Source: Desulfocapsa sulfexigens DSM 10523 (GTDB lineage Bacteria > Desulfobacterota > Desulfobulbia > Desulfobulbales > Desulfocapsaceae). Taken from it: a stretch of 32,000 nucleotides of DNA. A program made the position numbers and the translations under genes. Below, one piece after another: positions 20,051 to 28,234 of the stretch. Position 1 is the stretch's first letter. Each line of letters starts with the position of its first letter. The notes beneath the pieces are model-generated. The model saw only the letters and a list, made by a program, of their open reading frames with translations. It was not told where the DNA came from and did not search any database. The DNA lies in NCBI RefSeq assembly GCF_000341395.1, contig NC_020304.1:1320001-1352000 (forward strand). Direction: 5' to 3'.

Positions 20051-20758
20051 ATGCTTGATACTCTTTTTATCACTATTAATTCATGGATGACAGGCGGACT
20101 TTTAGTCGCTGCTGTTGGATGTTTCGCCTGGGGCATGGTCAGTGTACTTTTTAGTCCCTGCCATATGGTATCCATTCCCCTTATTGTTGGTTATGTGGGC
20201 GGCCAGAATACAATCCTTAAAGAACGGGATGCCATTCCCTACGCCCTGGTTTTTACCAGCGGACTCTTTATCACCATCGCTATAATAGGGTTTGTCTGCG
20301 TCATGCTGGGGAGGATGATGGGGGATGTAGGTCCGTACTGGACCATCCTGCTGGGGATCATTCTTTTATGGGTTGCAATGGATATGCTTGGAATTGCCAA
20401 ATGCAGCATGCCAGGTAATTCGTTACAGAAGATTCAAGTCAGGGGACTGTCCGGGGCCTTTCTTTTAGGCCTTGCCTATGGTGTGCTTTCCGGCTCCTGT
20501 ACCTTTGGCTTTATTGCTCCCATTCTCGCCATTATTACCATTCAGAAGGAGATTGCCACAGGACTCTTTCTTCTCACACTTTTTGCCCTGGGCCATTGTC
20601 TCCCCATTGCTGTGGCTGGCAGTTCAGCAACGACCATCAAGAGAATCCTTAATAATTCATCTTTTCACCATAGCAGCACCTGGTTTAGAAAAGGTGCCGG
20701 GGTTTTAATTGGGAGTCTTGGGGTGTATTTTATTCTTCTCCCCTGGATAAGCGTATGA
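20051..20758 (+). CDS. CcdA/DsbD-like cytochrome c biogenesis transmembrane protein
   Basis: SVLFSPCHMVSIPLIVGYVGG and GLAYGVLSGSCTFGFIAPILAI give the paired TM cysteines of CcdA-type proteins. Confidence 0.85.
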   Translation: MLDTLFITINSWMTGGLLVAAVGCFAWGMVSVLFSPCHMVSIPLIVGYVGGQNTILKERDAIPYALVFTSGLFITIAIIGFVCVMLGRMMGDVGPYWTILLGIILLWVAMDMLGIAKCSMPGNSLQKIQVRGLSGAFLLGLAYGVLSGSCTFGFIAPILAIITIQKEIATGLFLLTLFALGHCLPIAVAGSSATTIKRILNNSSFHHSSTWFRKGAGVLIGSLGVYFILLPWISV

Positions 20759-21471
20759 AGAAAGCAAATTTTGTTCTACCAGAGAAGATGACCCCCGAGC
20801 AAAAGTTTTTTCGTACAATCCCTCAACTGTCATTGTTGGAAGACAATCAAGTTTTTAAGCTTGCCCAAAAAACGATAAAAAAGAAGTACCGCAAAGGAGA
20901 GTATGTTTTTTTTCAAGGAGATCCGGTTGACCATCTCTATTTTCTTGAGATAGGAAAAGTTGAAGTCTATAAGAGCGATATCAATGGAAAAAAACTCAGT
21001 CTCTGGTACATCGAAGAAAGTGAAATATTCTGTCTTGCTGCACTCTATTCACCAAAAGCTTTTGCCTGTGCAGAAGTTATGGAGGATGCTCTTATCTATT
21101 CCCTGTTAAAAAAGGATTTTGATGAAGTCATGACATCTTCCCATGCCCTTTCCAGAAATTTGATCCGTTGTGTTTGTAATAAGCTTGTTGCTTATTCCAC
21201 CTTAGTCGATGATATCGCTTTTAAAAAAATTGAGGTTAGACTTGCAAAAGCACTCCTGGGGAACCAATCTTCTGTTGGAAATGATACATATGTCTGTCAA
21301 CTTTCCCAGGATGAACTGGCCGCCCAGGTGGGAACTCGAAGAGAGGTTGTGGCCCGCTGTCTAAAGGCCTTTCGAGAACGTGATTTGATCAAAATTTCCA
21401 ATACCGGACGGCCCAGAAACATTATCATTCATTCCTGTGATGCGTTACAAGATATCGTTGACCAAGAGTGA
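20755..21471 (+). CDS. Crp/Fnr-family transcriptional regulator
   Basis: Cyclic-nucleotide-binding-like domain (YRKGEYVFFQGDPVDHLYFLEIGKVEVYK) and HTH LSQDELAAQVGTRREVVARCLKAFRERDLI; ATGA overlap with upstream gene. Confidence 0.92.
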   Translation: MKKANFVLPEKMTPEQKFFRTIPQLSLLEDNQVFKLAQKTIKKKYRKGEYVFFQGDPVDHLYFLEIGKVEVYKSDINGKKLSLWYIEESEIFCLAALYSPKAFACAEVMEDALIYSLLKKDFDEVMTSSHALSRNLIRCVCNKLVAYSTLVDDIAFKKIEVRLAKALLGNQSSVGNDTYVCQLSQDELAAQVGTRREVVARCLKAFRERDLIKISNTGRPRNIIIHSCDALQDIVDQE

Positions 21472-21486
21472 CTTGGAGTGCCTCCT

Positions 21487-21517
21487 CTGTCCAGGAAAAT
21501 GTTGTTTCCTGGGACAG
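21487..21517. other. Hairpin downstream of the Crp/Fnr-family gene, possible transcript end or processing element
   Basis: CTGTCCAGGAAA...TTTCCTGGGACAG, with one bulged base; no clear T-tract. Confidence 0.35.
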
Positions 21518-21672
21518 AAAAGGCGTCTTCTGTCTTTGATTAAGGCATTCCGAAGATTAATAACCCTCTAGGGCCGCTTTAGTCTTAGCAGCCTTATTCT
21601 TCACTTTGTTCGTATTGACTTGCACTCCTGCTGTTGAATTATGCATTAGCATTTGGAGTAACGCCATACGAT

Positions 21673-21978
21673 TTAATCCTCCATTTTCGGGTCGGTCCAG
21701 CCGAATCGAATGTTACTTTTTGCTCCCTCCTGTTCGTTGGGCTTGGTTGTTATTGCCTGTGCCGGTGCAGACTGAACCGGACTCGTTTGCTCTCCTGTTC
21801 GCTTTGTTTTCAAGGCTGTTATCGTATCCGATGATCCCTGAAGGCTCACTCCGTTGATGGTTCCTGTATACTGGATAAGCAGAGTATTCCCGGATTCAAG
21901 ATCTATGCGCATCTCATCCGCATAGGCAGTGGTGCCGTAAAATATTATGCCAAGCAAGACAATATATATTCTTTTCAT
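21673..21978 (-). CDS. Small hypothetical exported protein
   Basis: Signal peptide MKRIYIVLLGIIFYGTTAYA then DEMRIDLESGNTLLIQYTGTINGVSLQG. Confidence 0.55.
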   Translation of the reverse strand: MKRIYIVLLGIIFYGTTAYADEMRIDLESGNTLLIQYTGTINGVSLQGSSDTITALKTKRTGEQTSPVQSAPAQAITTKPNEQEGAKSNIRFGWTDPKMED

Positions 21979-22055
21979 ACCTCTCCTTCTCTATATGTTT
22001 TGCGGTACTGGAGGCTCCTGTCCAAAAGAAGACTGTCACCTCCAAGTACGCCCCC

Positions 22056-23450
22056 TTAGAAGCTCACCATAAACATAGCCGTAACTACATCATAGCTGTC
22101 ATACATTTCGGTGTTTGCACCGGTCATCTGCAGGTAATCACCTATCTTTGTCGATTTATCAAATTCTGTGTTATAATATTCCATGGTAAAGCGTACTTTT
22201 TGATCCCCGAGAACAAAATAATTTATACCAATACCCCATTGCTGAACCCCCTGATCCTGGACACCAAGATACGAAGCAAGGTTCCAATCCTCATAACGAA
22301 CAAAAGGCTGCAGGAGTCCTTTTTCTCCCACAGTAAAAGGCAGGACGTATCCAGCTTTCACATACCAGCCGTCCTTCTGGCCATTTCCTCCACCCACAAT
22401 GCTGTTTTGATCGGCAACGGATGTTGCTGTTTTATAGGCATCTTCAAAATCGGAATTTAAATAGAGGGCAGTTGCTGTAATCACGCCACCATTGTCAAAG
22501 GGCTGCTCATAAAAAATATCGGCTGTATAGGCAGTGTAGTCAACTGTCTCATTGTTTAATACTTTGGTAGTCAGGAAACCCGGGGTTCCCATGTCTCCTG
22601 CAGGGGTGGTGTTCTTATAGGCAGCATCAGCCTCGTAGGCAAAACCGCCACCTATGGTTAATAAAGTCCCTTTCTTCCCTAGGTATGTCCCTTTATACCC
22701 CATGGCCGTAGGGCCGCCTTCAGGATTCAGAATAGCGTAATGAAGTCGTCCAACATATTCAAAGCTGTTACTTGGCTCAGGCGATGTGATAAATTCCATA
22801 TTATTAAAAGGATTGTAAAACCTGACTTCCCCTTCTCTTCCTTCCATGATTGCAGCAAAGTATTTCAGGTGATCATCCATAAAGTTTCCAGAAAGAACCA
22901 GGCCCATGTCACGGCTATTTTTAGTGGCATCTGTGCCATAGGGTGAATAGACAAATGAGGAACGTTCATGGGTGAGAGGGGAAAAACACGCGTCGAGATT
23001 GGCTCTAGTTAGAGGGATTTTGGATAAACCGAGTTTCATATTCATTGAATCGGCAAATAAACCAATGAGGTAGCCATCGGTAAGTCTTATATTCGAGTTG
23101 AGCTTTTCGTTGGACATGGCCAGTTGATACCCGCCAGCTCCGAAGTTCCGTGTTGCACTGGTTCCAGCGCAGGTCTGAAATTTGGCTCCCCAGGTATCAT
23201 TTATCATCCCGGTGAAGACCAGACGAGCTCTACGCAGATCAAAATCACTCCGGCTTTCAGTACCATCAGCCCCCGAGCCAAAATCTGTAAAATCCGCAAT
23301 CCCCTGAAATTTCACATCTATCTGTAGGTAACCGTCATCACCAAATTCGACTATCGGTCCGGCTACTGCTGGTTGAGAAGCTAAAATCGCTCCTACTCCC
23401 ATCATAAGCATGCCAATTCCAGTTGCTGCCATACTGTAAGTCTTTCTCAT
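22056..23450 (-). CDS. Outer membrane porin-like protein (OprP/OprO-type beta barrel)
   Basis: Start revised to MRKTYSMAATGIGMLMMGVGAILASQPAVAGP (signal peptide). GYLQIDVKFQG...RSDFDLRRARLVFTGMINDTWGAKFQ is typical of phosphate-selective-porin-like proteins. Ends VTAMFMVSF with a C-terminal aromatic residue. Confidence 0.8.
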   Translation of the reverse strand: MRKTYSMAATGIGMLMMGVGAILASQPAVAGPIVEFGDDGYLQIDVKFQGIADFTDFGSGADGTESRSDFDLRRARLVFTGMINDTWGAKFQTCAGTSATRNFGAGGYQLAMSNEKLNSNIRLTDGYLIGLFADSMNMKLGLSKIPLTRANLDACFSPLTHERSSFVYSPYGTDATKNSRDMGLVLSGNFMDDHLKYFAAIMEGREGEVRFYNPFNNMEFITSPEPSNSFEYVGRLHYAILNPEGGPTAMGYKGTYLGKKGTLLTIGGGFAYEADAAYKNTTPAGDMGTPGFLTTKVLNNETVDYTAYTADIFYEQPFDNGGVITATALYLNSDFEDAYKTATSVADQNSIVGGGNGQKDGWYVKAGYVLPFTVGEKGLLQPFVRYEDWNLASYLGVQDQGVQQWGIGINYFVLGDQKVRFTMEYYNTEFDKSTKIGDYLQMTGANTEMYDSYDVVTAMFMVSF

Positions 23451-23573
23451 CTCTTTGTTCTCCTCTTCTAGAGTTTCACAGACTATCTCTCCCAGGATAA
23501 GCAAACAGGCTTTCCTTCTTTGTCCCTTATAGCAGAAGAAGAAACGGCGTTAAATGACATCAGTCACGTGCTG

Positions 23574-23591
23574 CTGTGACTTTTGTCACAG
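23574..23591. promoter_or_regulatory. CRP-type operator palindrome in the divergent porin/methyltransferase region
   Basis: CTGTGACTTTTGTCACAG contains a perfect TGTGA-N6-TCACA (23575-23590). Confidence 0.6.
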
Positions 23592-23673
23592 TATTTTGAC
23601 AGAGAATACAGCATATTAAATGTTTGAAACAAAATGTTCACTCCTCAAGGGGGTACTGAAAAAAGCATGAGAA

Positions 23674-24642
23674 ATGTGGGATGAGCGCTCAGCACGGGAA
23701 TTCGACTCTTTACCTGGGCAACTACGGTGTATGAAAAGAAACAGGCCGAATGAGAAGACCGAGCCATGGACGCATTACTGGAAGAATGCAACAAAAGATT
23801 CTTCCGGGTGTATCCCTGGTGCTCCTGCTTCCGTAGCAGATCTTTTTCAAGAAATATGGGCCAATTTCTTCAAAACTCTTCCAAGAGGGGCACGATTACT
23901 GGATTTAGGGACAGGGGGAGGAGCTGTGCTGAGAGAAGCACAGGCCAGACGCCAGGATATACATCTGACCGGTGTCGATTTTGCAAAGGTGTTACCCGAT
24001 CTTGGTGAAAAGGTTGCTATGTTTCCAAATACATGTTTGGAAAAACTTCCATTTGAAGATGGCAGTTTTGATGTAATTACCAGTCAGTTTGCAATTGAAT
24101 ATGCCTCTTTCAGTCAGGCAATGAGTGAAATAAAACGGGTACTGACGCCTGGTGGGAGGTTCTTCTTCCTTTGTCACAACGCCGACAGTATTATAGTGCG
24201 CGATAATATCAAACGGCTGGCTGCGATCAGAGATCTTTTGGCCAGTTCCGGTCTCCTGAATGGGGCTATTCAGGTTGTCAAACAGAAAAAAACCTTACTC
24301 CCCAAAAAACAAAAATATCTGGCTCAATTGTTTCGCACAGTGCAGTCAAAACACCCTGAGCAACCACTTATCAATGAAATTGCAGAACGTATAGCCGGCC
24401 TGATGACCGAGGCGGGTGGTTTGCAAAAACTTCTTTTACTTCGGCGGGACGTTGAAATGGAAGGCAGGAGAATTACGGCACTGAAAGTCTCAGCTCTACG
24501 GTTATCACAGCTTCAAAATTTTTGTTCTCAACTCTCTTCCCCAAACAGATCAGTACAACATAGTACAGTTTTTGTACCTGGAACAAAAATTCCGCTGGCT
24601 TGGTCTGTCAAGAGTGAACGCAGTCAGGAAAATGTTTTGTAA
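23674..24642 (+). CDS. Class I SAM-dependent methyltransferase
   Basis: Motif I LLDLGTGGGAVLREA, followed by LTGVDFA, FEDGSFDVITSQFAIEY and EIKRVLTPGGRFFFLCHN. Confidence 0.88.
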   Translation: MWDERSAREFDSLPGQLRCMKRNRPNEKTEPWTHYWKNATKDSSGCIPGAPASVADLFQEIWANFFKTLPRGARLLDLGTGGGAVLREAQARRQDIHLTGVDFAKVLPDLGEKVAMFPNTCLEKLPFEDGSFDVITSQFAIEYASFSQAMSEIKRVLTPGGRFFFLCHNADSIIVRDNIKRLAAIRDLLASSGLLNGAIQVVKQKKTLLPKKQKYLAQLFRTVQSKHPEQPLINEIAERIAGLMTEAGGLQKLLLLRRDVEMEGRRITALKVSALRLSQLQNFCSQLSSPNRSVQHSTVFVPGTKIPLAWSVKSERSQENVL

Positions 24643-24760
24643 GGCTGTACTCTCCTGACTTCGTAATTAAAAAATTATAGCATAAACATTCGAGTAATAA
24701 CTGTCTAATTGGCAGTTAATCTGAAAAGCTTATGTAATGGAAAACGAAAAGAGTCGCGAT

Positions 24761-24792
24761 TGTCTGCTTCGACGAAAACGTCGAAGCAGACA
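24761..24792. repeat. Perfect 14-bp inverted repeat with AAAA loop in the intergenic region
   Basis: TGTCTGCTTCGACG-AAAA-CGTCGAAGCAGACA; no T-tract downstream. Confidence 0.7.
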
Positions 24793-24965
24793 TAACTTGT
24801 CGAAGTCCAGTCAGGAATCATTCACATAAAAATCTCCTATAATACTGTATCTAGGCACTATTTAATAAATTAATTTACTGGCATCATTCCTGCAAGTCTC
24901 TCCGTAGTATGGTCGTGAGTAGTTTATGTAATGATTTTTTTAATTTATAACTTGGAGGTTATACA

Positions 24966-25337
24966 ATGAAACACACAGGAACAATCGTAAAAACAGCTTT
25001 AACACTTATGGTTTGTGGTATGCTGGCAGCACCTATTACTGCTGATGCTGGACGTTTTAGAGGTGCAGGTGGTGGTACTGCAATGGGTGGAGGCATAGGC
25101 GTTGGTTTTGTCGATGCCAATGGTGATGGTATCAATGATAATTTCATTGATGCAGATGGTGACGGACTTTGTGATATCACCGGTTTACCAGTTGGGGCTA
25201 TGGGTTTTGGTTTTGTTGATGCCAATGGTGATGGCATAAACGACAATAGTGTGGACGCAGATGGTGATGGCATCTGTGATCTTACCGGACTCCCAGTTGG
25301 TACTGGTGCTGGTAATGGTTACAGGGGTGGTCGGTAA
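24966..25337 (+). CDS. Small exported protein with tandem DxDGDG (calcium-binding/TSP3-like) repeats
   Basis: Signal peptide MKHTGTIVKTALTLMVCGMLAAPITADA, then two copies of GFVDANGDGINDNxxDADGDGxCDxTGLPVG. Confidence 0.7.
   Translation: MKHTGTIVKTALTLMVCGMLAAPITADAGRFRGAGGGTAMGGGIGVGFVDANGDGINDNFIDADGDGLCDITGLPVGAMGFGFVDANGDGINDNSVDADGDGICDLTGLPVGTGAGNGYRGGR
25104..25302 (+). repeat. Two tandem in-frame repeats, 105-bp period
   Basis: Repeat units begin at 25104 and 25209 (GGTTTTGTYGATGCCAATGGTGATGG...); 35-aa period. Confidence 0.8.
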
Positions 25338-25410
25338 TATACTGGAATGTCAATTAATGAGGCGGGTTTCGACCCGCCTTTTCTGTTCCCACGCATAAGA
25401 GTTTTCCTCA

Positions 25411-26739
25411 ATGAGTTCTTTGAAACTATTTTTGCCCTTTGCAGGTATCTTCCTTTCTCCCTCTCTCTTGTTCGCTGTACAGGAAAGTGAAGCAGACGCT
25501 GGTGGCATTATTCTCCATCAGCTTGAAGTTGCATCAAAGATTGGTTCTACAAAAAAAGATTTTGATATGGAAGAGAGCGGCATCGTAGGTCTTGGCGACA
25601 GTGCTGGGCTATCTCTTGGACTTCAATACTATCTTGGTTTAATTCAACAGTATGAGGAAAAAATAGAAGAGGACAAAGAAAATGTATACCTGTGGCTAGG
25701 TCTTGCTCAGACCTGGGAAACCCTGAAAAAAGATGCCAATGCACTCGAGGCCTACCAACGGGCTCTTACAATTTCACAAGAAAATAGTATTGCCCTCCAG
25801 GGCATCCAGAGGATCAAAAGAAGTAGACAAGTTCAATTACGAGTTTATTGGTCATCTACGAGCCAGGATGAATACTCGCCCTATCTCGGTACAGAGTATG
25901 CTTCATGGAAGGAACAGGTCAAGCAGGTGCAGGTAACAAAATCCTGGGGCACTGGAAAAACAATTGGTTTCGGTTGGCTAGACAGCTCCATAGAACAGGA
26001 TAATCTGCTTTATGAAGACACTGATTATTCTCTGCATCGCCAGGCCCCATTTTTTATGATTTCGTGGCCTCTTGCTGATCGTGTATCGGCTTCGGTTCGG
26101 CTTCGAGAGGAAAAATTCAGCAATGATGATGACAAGGCCTATTATCAATTAAATGAAAACAAACATATCTATACAGGCCACGTATTGATTAGCTACAGAG
26201 GAGAAGGGTACTGGGGTAATATGAATTACTCCAGAAACAGGGAGACCGATTCCATTTATGATCTGGTCAATGCACGGGCAGCATTGTATATCGAAGTAAA
26301 GGAACTTGCAGGAGTTTCAGGGGGATTTGTATTGGCACCTGGCTTGGAGGTTGGATCGAGCATCTACTATGAACAGTATGGTTCTGACAGCCCTGATCAG
26401 TTTAATGGTAATCTACAATTCAGTCACTTTCCCTCCTGGTTCCCTGGGTTTCAGGTGAGTCTAGGGAGCGGATATTATACCGAGGAAAAGGAAGTTATTG
26501 TTAATTTATCCACAAATTACCAATGGCAACCCTGGCCGGAGTTACTGATGCAGCTGGAATATCAGTTGGAATACTCCGAGAACGAAGATTCCTGGCTGAA
26601 TCAGGGTGATTTACTTCTCAGTTGGTCTTTTACCAACCAACTTTCCATGAACCTTCGGGCCCAATATGGTGCTGAAACAGGAGGGGATAAGGATACAATC
26701 TTTTTCACTCAAGCAAGTTTGAACTGGAATTTTTTCTAG
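25411..26739 (+). CDS. Exported TPR-containing, C-terminal beta-barrel-like hypothetical protein
   Basis: Signal-like N-terminus; TPR stretch NVYLWLGLAQTWETLKKDANALEAYQRALTISQENSIALQGIQR; beta-strand-rich remainder ending TQASLNWNFF. Confidence 0.65.
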   Translation: MSSLKLFLPFAGIFLSPSLLFAVQESEADAGGIILHQLEVASKIGSTKKDFDMEESGIVGLGDSAGLSLGLQYYLGLIQQYEEKIEEDKENVYLWLGLAQTWETLKKDANALEAYQRALTISQENSIALQGIQRIKRSRQVQLRVYWSSTSQDEYSPYLGTEYASWKEQVKQVQVTKSWGTGKTIGFGWLDSSIEQDNLLYEDTDYSLHRQAPFFMISWPLADRVSASVRLREEKFSNDDDKAYYQLNENKHIYTGHVLISYRGEGYWGNMNYSRNRETDSIYDLVNARAALYIEVKELAGVSGGFVLAPGLEVGSSIYYEQYGSDSPDQFNGNLQFSHFPSWFPGFQVSLGSGYYTEEKEVIVNLSTNYQWQPWPELLMQLEYQLEYSENEDSWLNQGDLLLSWSFTNQLSMNLRAQYGAETGGDKDTIFFTQASLNWNFF

Positions 26740-26928
26740 GAGTGGACTGACAGCCATCACTGATGGGGCAGCTCATGGAGGACCGGTAAAGAGGAAGTTA
26801 TAAGACGTGATTTCTTTACCACTGTTGAACCAAAACCAATGAGTACAATCAATCATTGCTGGAAAATGCCATTATCAGAAGGCGTTTTTGAAATTCTGAG
26901 CAGCGGACCCGCTGCTTACTGAAGGCTA

Positions 26929-27506
26929 TCAGAAGTCTATATAGTCGTAATCGATAATCTCCTCCACATCGCCTTCGCTATGTTTTCGATAATAGACCAT
27001 CTTATCAAAAGTGGGTTTATAAATAATGACGATGGAATTTTCCTTGACCGTAAAACCTTCTTTTTGTCCAGAAGGATAATAGCGAAAAAGAACCAGGACG
27101 TCCCCATATTCATGGATAACCACCTCAGCAATCCCGGCAAGGCTGTTGGATGTCGTTTTTCGTATTTCCTTGAGTGGCCCAAGCCCTCCTACTACCTTAC
27201 GAATGGATCCCTCATTAATTAAAGAATCGATGGACCCCTTGTAGTAGCGAATGACCGAGATGAGTTGGTTCTTAAACAACTTAAATTCCATCCGTTCAAC
27301 ATCTTTTTCCGGATGAGGCAGGCGAAACAAAGTAACCCGAAATCCGTCTTCTTCAACAAACTCGACTTCCGAGAATTTCTGCTCAATAACAGGAAACGGG
27401 CTGTTCCATGGAATCCCCATGCAATTTCCCGTTTCCTGTCCATAGACTGCAATGCTACTCACGTGCAAAAGGAAAAAATAAGGAGACCTTTTAGAAAAAG
27501 TTTCAT
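26929..27506 (-). CDS. Small secreted hypothetical protein with an apparent -1 frameshift in a T6 tract near the 5' end
   Basis: The ATG at 27506 forms an ATGA overlap with the TorD-like stop and encodes MKLFLKGLLIFSFCT*. The body frame continues ...YFFLLHVSSIAVYGQETGNCMGIPW... to 26929. Confidence 0.6.
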
Positions 27507-28153
27507 GCCGCAACGCAATCCTTTTGCTGTTGTTTTTGGAGCAAGTCGCTTTCCTGGTCAAGGAATGTCTTGGCCAACTCTGCAACTTCACGATACAGCG
27601 GCAGGTTTGCCTTGTTGATAACCTTATCAAAGAATTCTGGTGCCCATGCAAGGAGATGTTCTGTAAGAAAACGACGCTTTATTGAAAAGAGATTTTCTGC
27701 AAGCTCTGTCTCATCATCATTTACTGCCTGCGCATACCGTTCTTCGAGTTTTTGCATAAATTCAAGCTCTGCGCCAATATGATCCGGCATGCCACCAAAA
27801 TCTGATTGGTAGCTCAGTCCGGTAGCTTCTACGAATTTCTTTACTGCAACGGTGTCGGCACCCCAGAGTTTCCCATAATCCCCATCATCACGAACACGAT
27901 GAACTGACTCATGGGGAGAGATAAAACGTCCGGGACCTATGAATAGACCGGCAAACTCAATGGCCAGTTCATCCACCAGTTGAGCTGGGTTTTTGTTATA
28001 AAATTCTTGGCCCAGATCCATTTCCAATTCGGTAAATGTCTCCCGAAATTCAGGAGTTCGTAACTGAATCAGAAGTTCTGGGCTGATCTCGGTGGCAAAA
28101 AACATTGCCAATAATCCGTAGAGTCCGGAAACTGTACTGTTCGCTGTTTCCAA
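27503..28153 (-). CDS. TorD/DmsD-family molybdoenzyme chaperone
   Basis: LREPxF-type region FAGLFIGPGRFISPHESVHRVRDDGDYGKLWGADTVAVKKFVEATGL...MPDHIGAELEFMQKL; adjacent to a Mo oxidoreductase gene. Confidence 0.85.
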   Translation of the reverse strand: METANSTVSGLYGLLAMFFATEISPELLIQLRTPEFRETFTELEMDLGQEFYNKNPAQLVDELAIEFAGLFIGPGRFISPHESVHRVRDDGDYGKLWGADTVAVKKFVEATGLSYQSDFGGMPDHIGAELEFMQKLEERYAQAVNDDETELAENLFSIKRRFLTEHLLAWAPEFFDKVINKANLPLYREVAELAKTFLDQESDLLQKQQQKDCVAA

Positions 28154-28234
28154 AATAGTTCTCCCTTAAAAAATACCATTTAATTGATTGAATAGCTGAA
28201 GGAGAATGTTTTCCTTCAGCTATTCTTGCCACTA

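Noticed and set aside
24959-25273. Minus-strand 104-aa ORF rich in Ser/Pro (MPSPSASTLLSFMPSPLAS...)
   Set aside because: Direct antisense mirror of the DxDGDG repeat gene; its periodicity is explained by the repeats on the + strand.
26740-26920. Short plus-strand frame (WRTGKEEVIRRDFFTTVEPKPMSTINHCWKMPLSEGVFEILSSGPAAY*) after the TPR/barrel gene
   Set aside because: Could be a decayed gene fragment, but it is under 50 codons, has no start and matches nothing I recognise.
27219-27461. Possible selenocysteine readthrough of the TGA in MKLFLKGLLIFSFCT-TGA-VALQSMDRK...
   Set aside because: The zero-frame continuation (77 aa) looks non-coding, while the -1 frame gives a coherent protein of about 150 residues and completes a signal peptide; a frameshift is the simpler reading.
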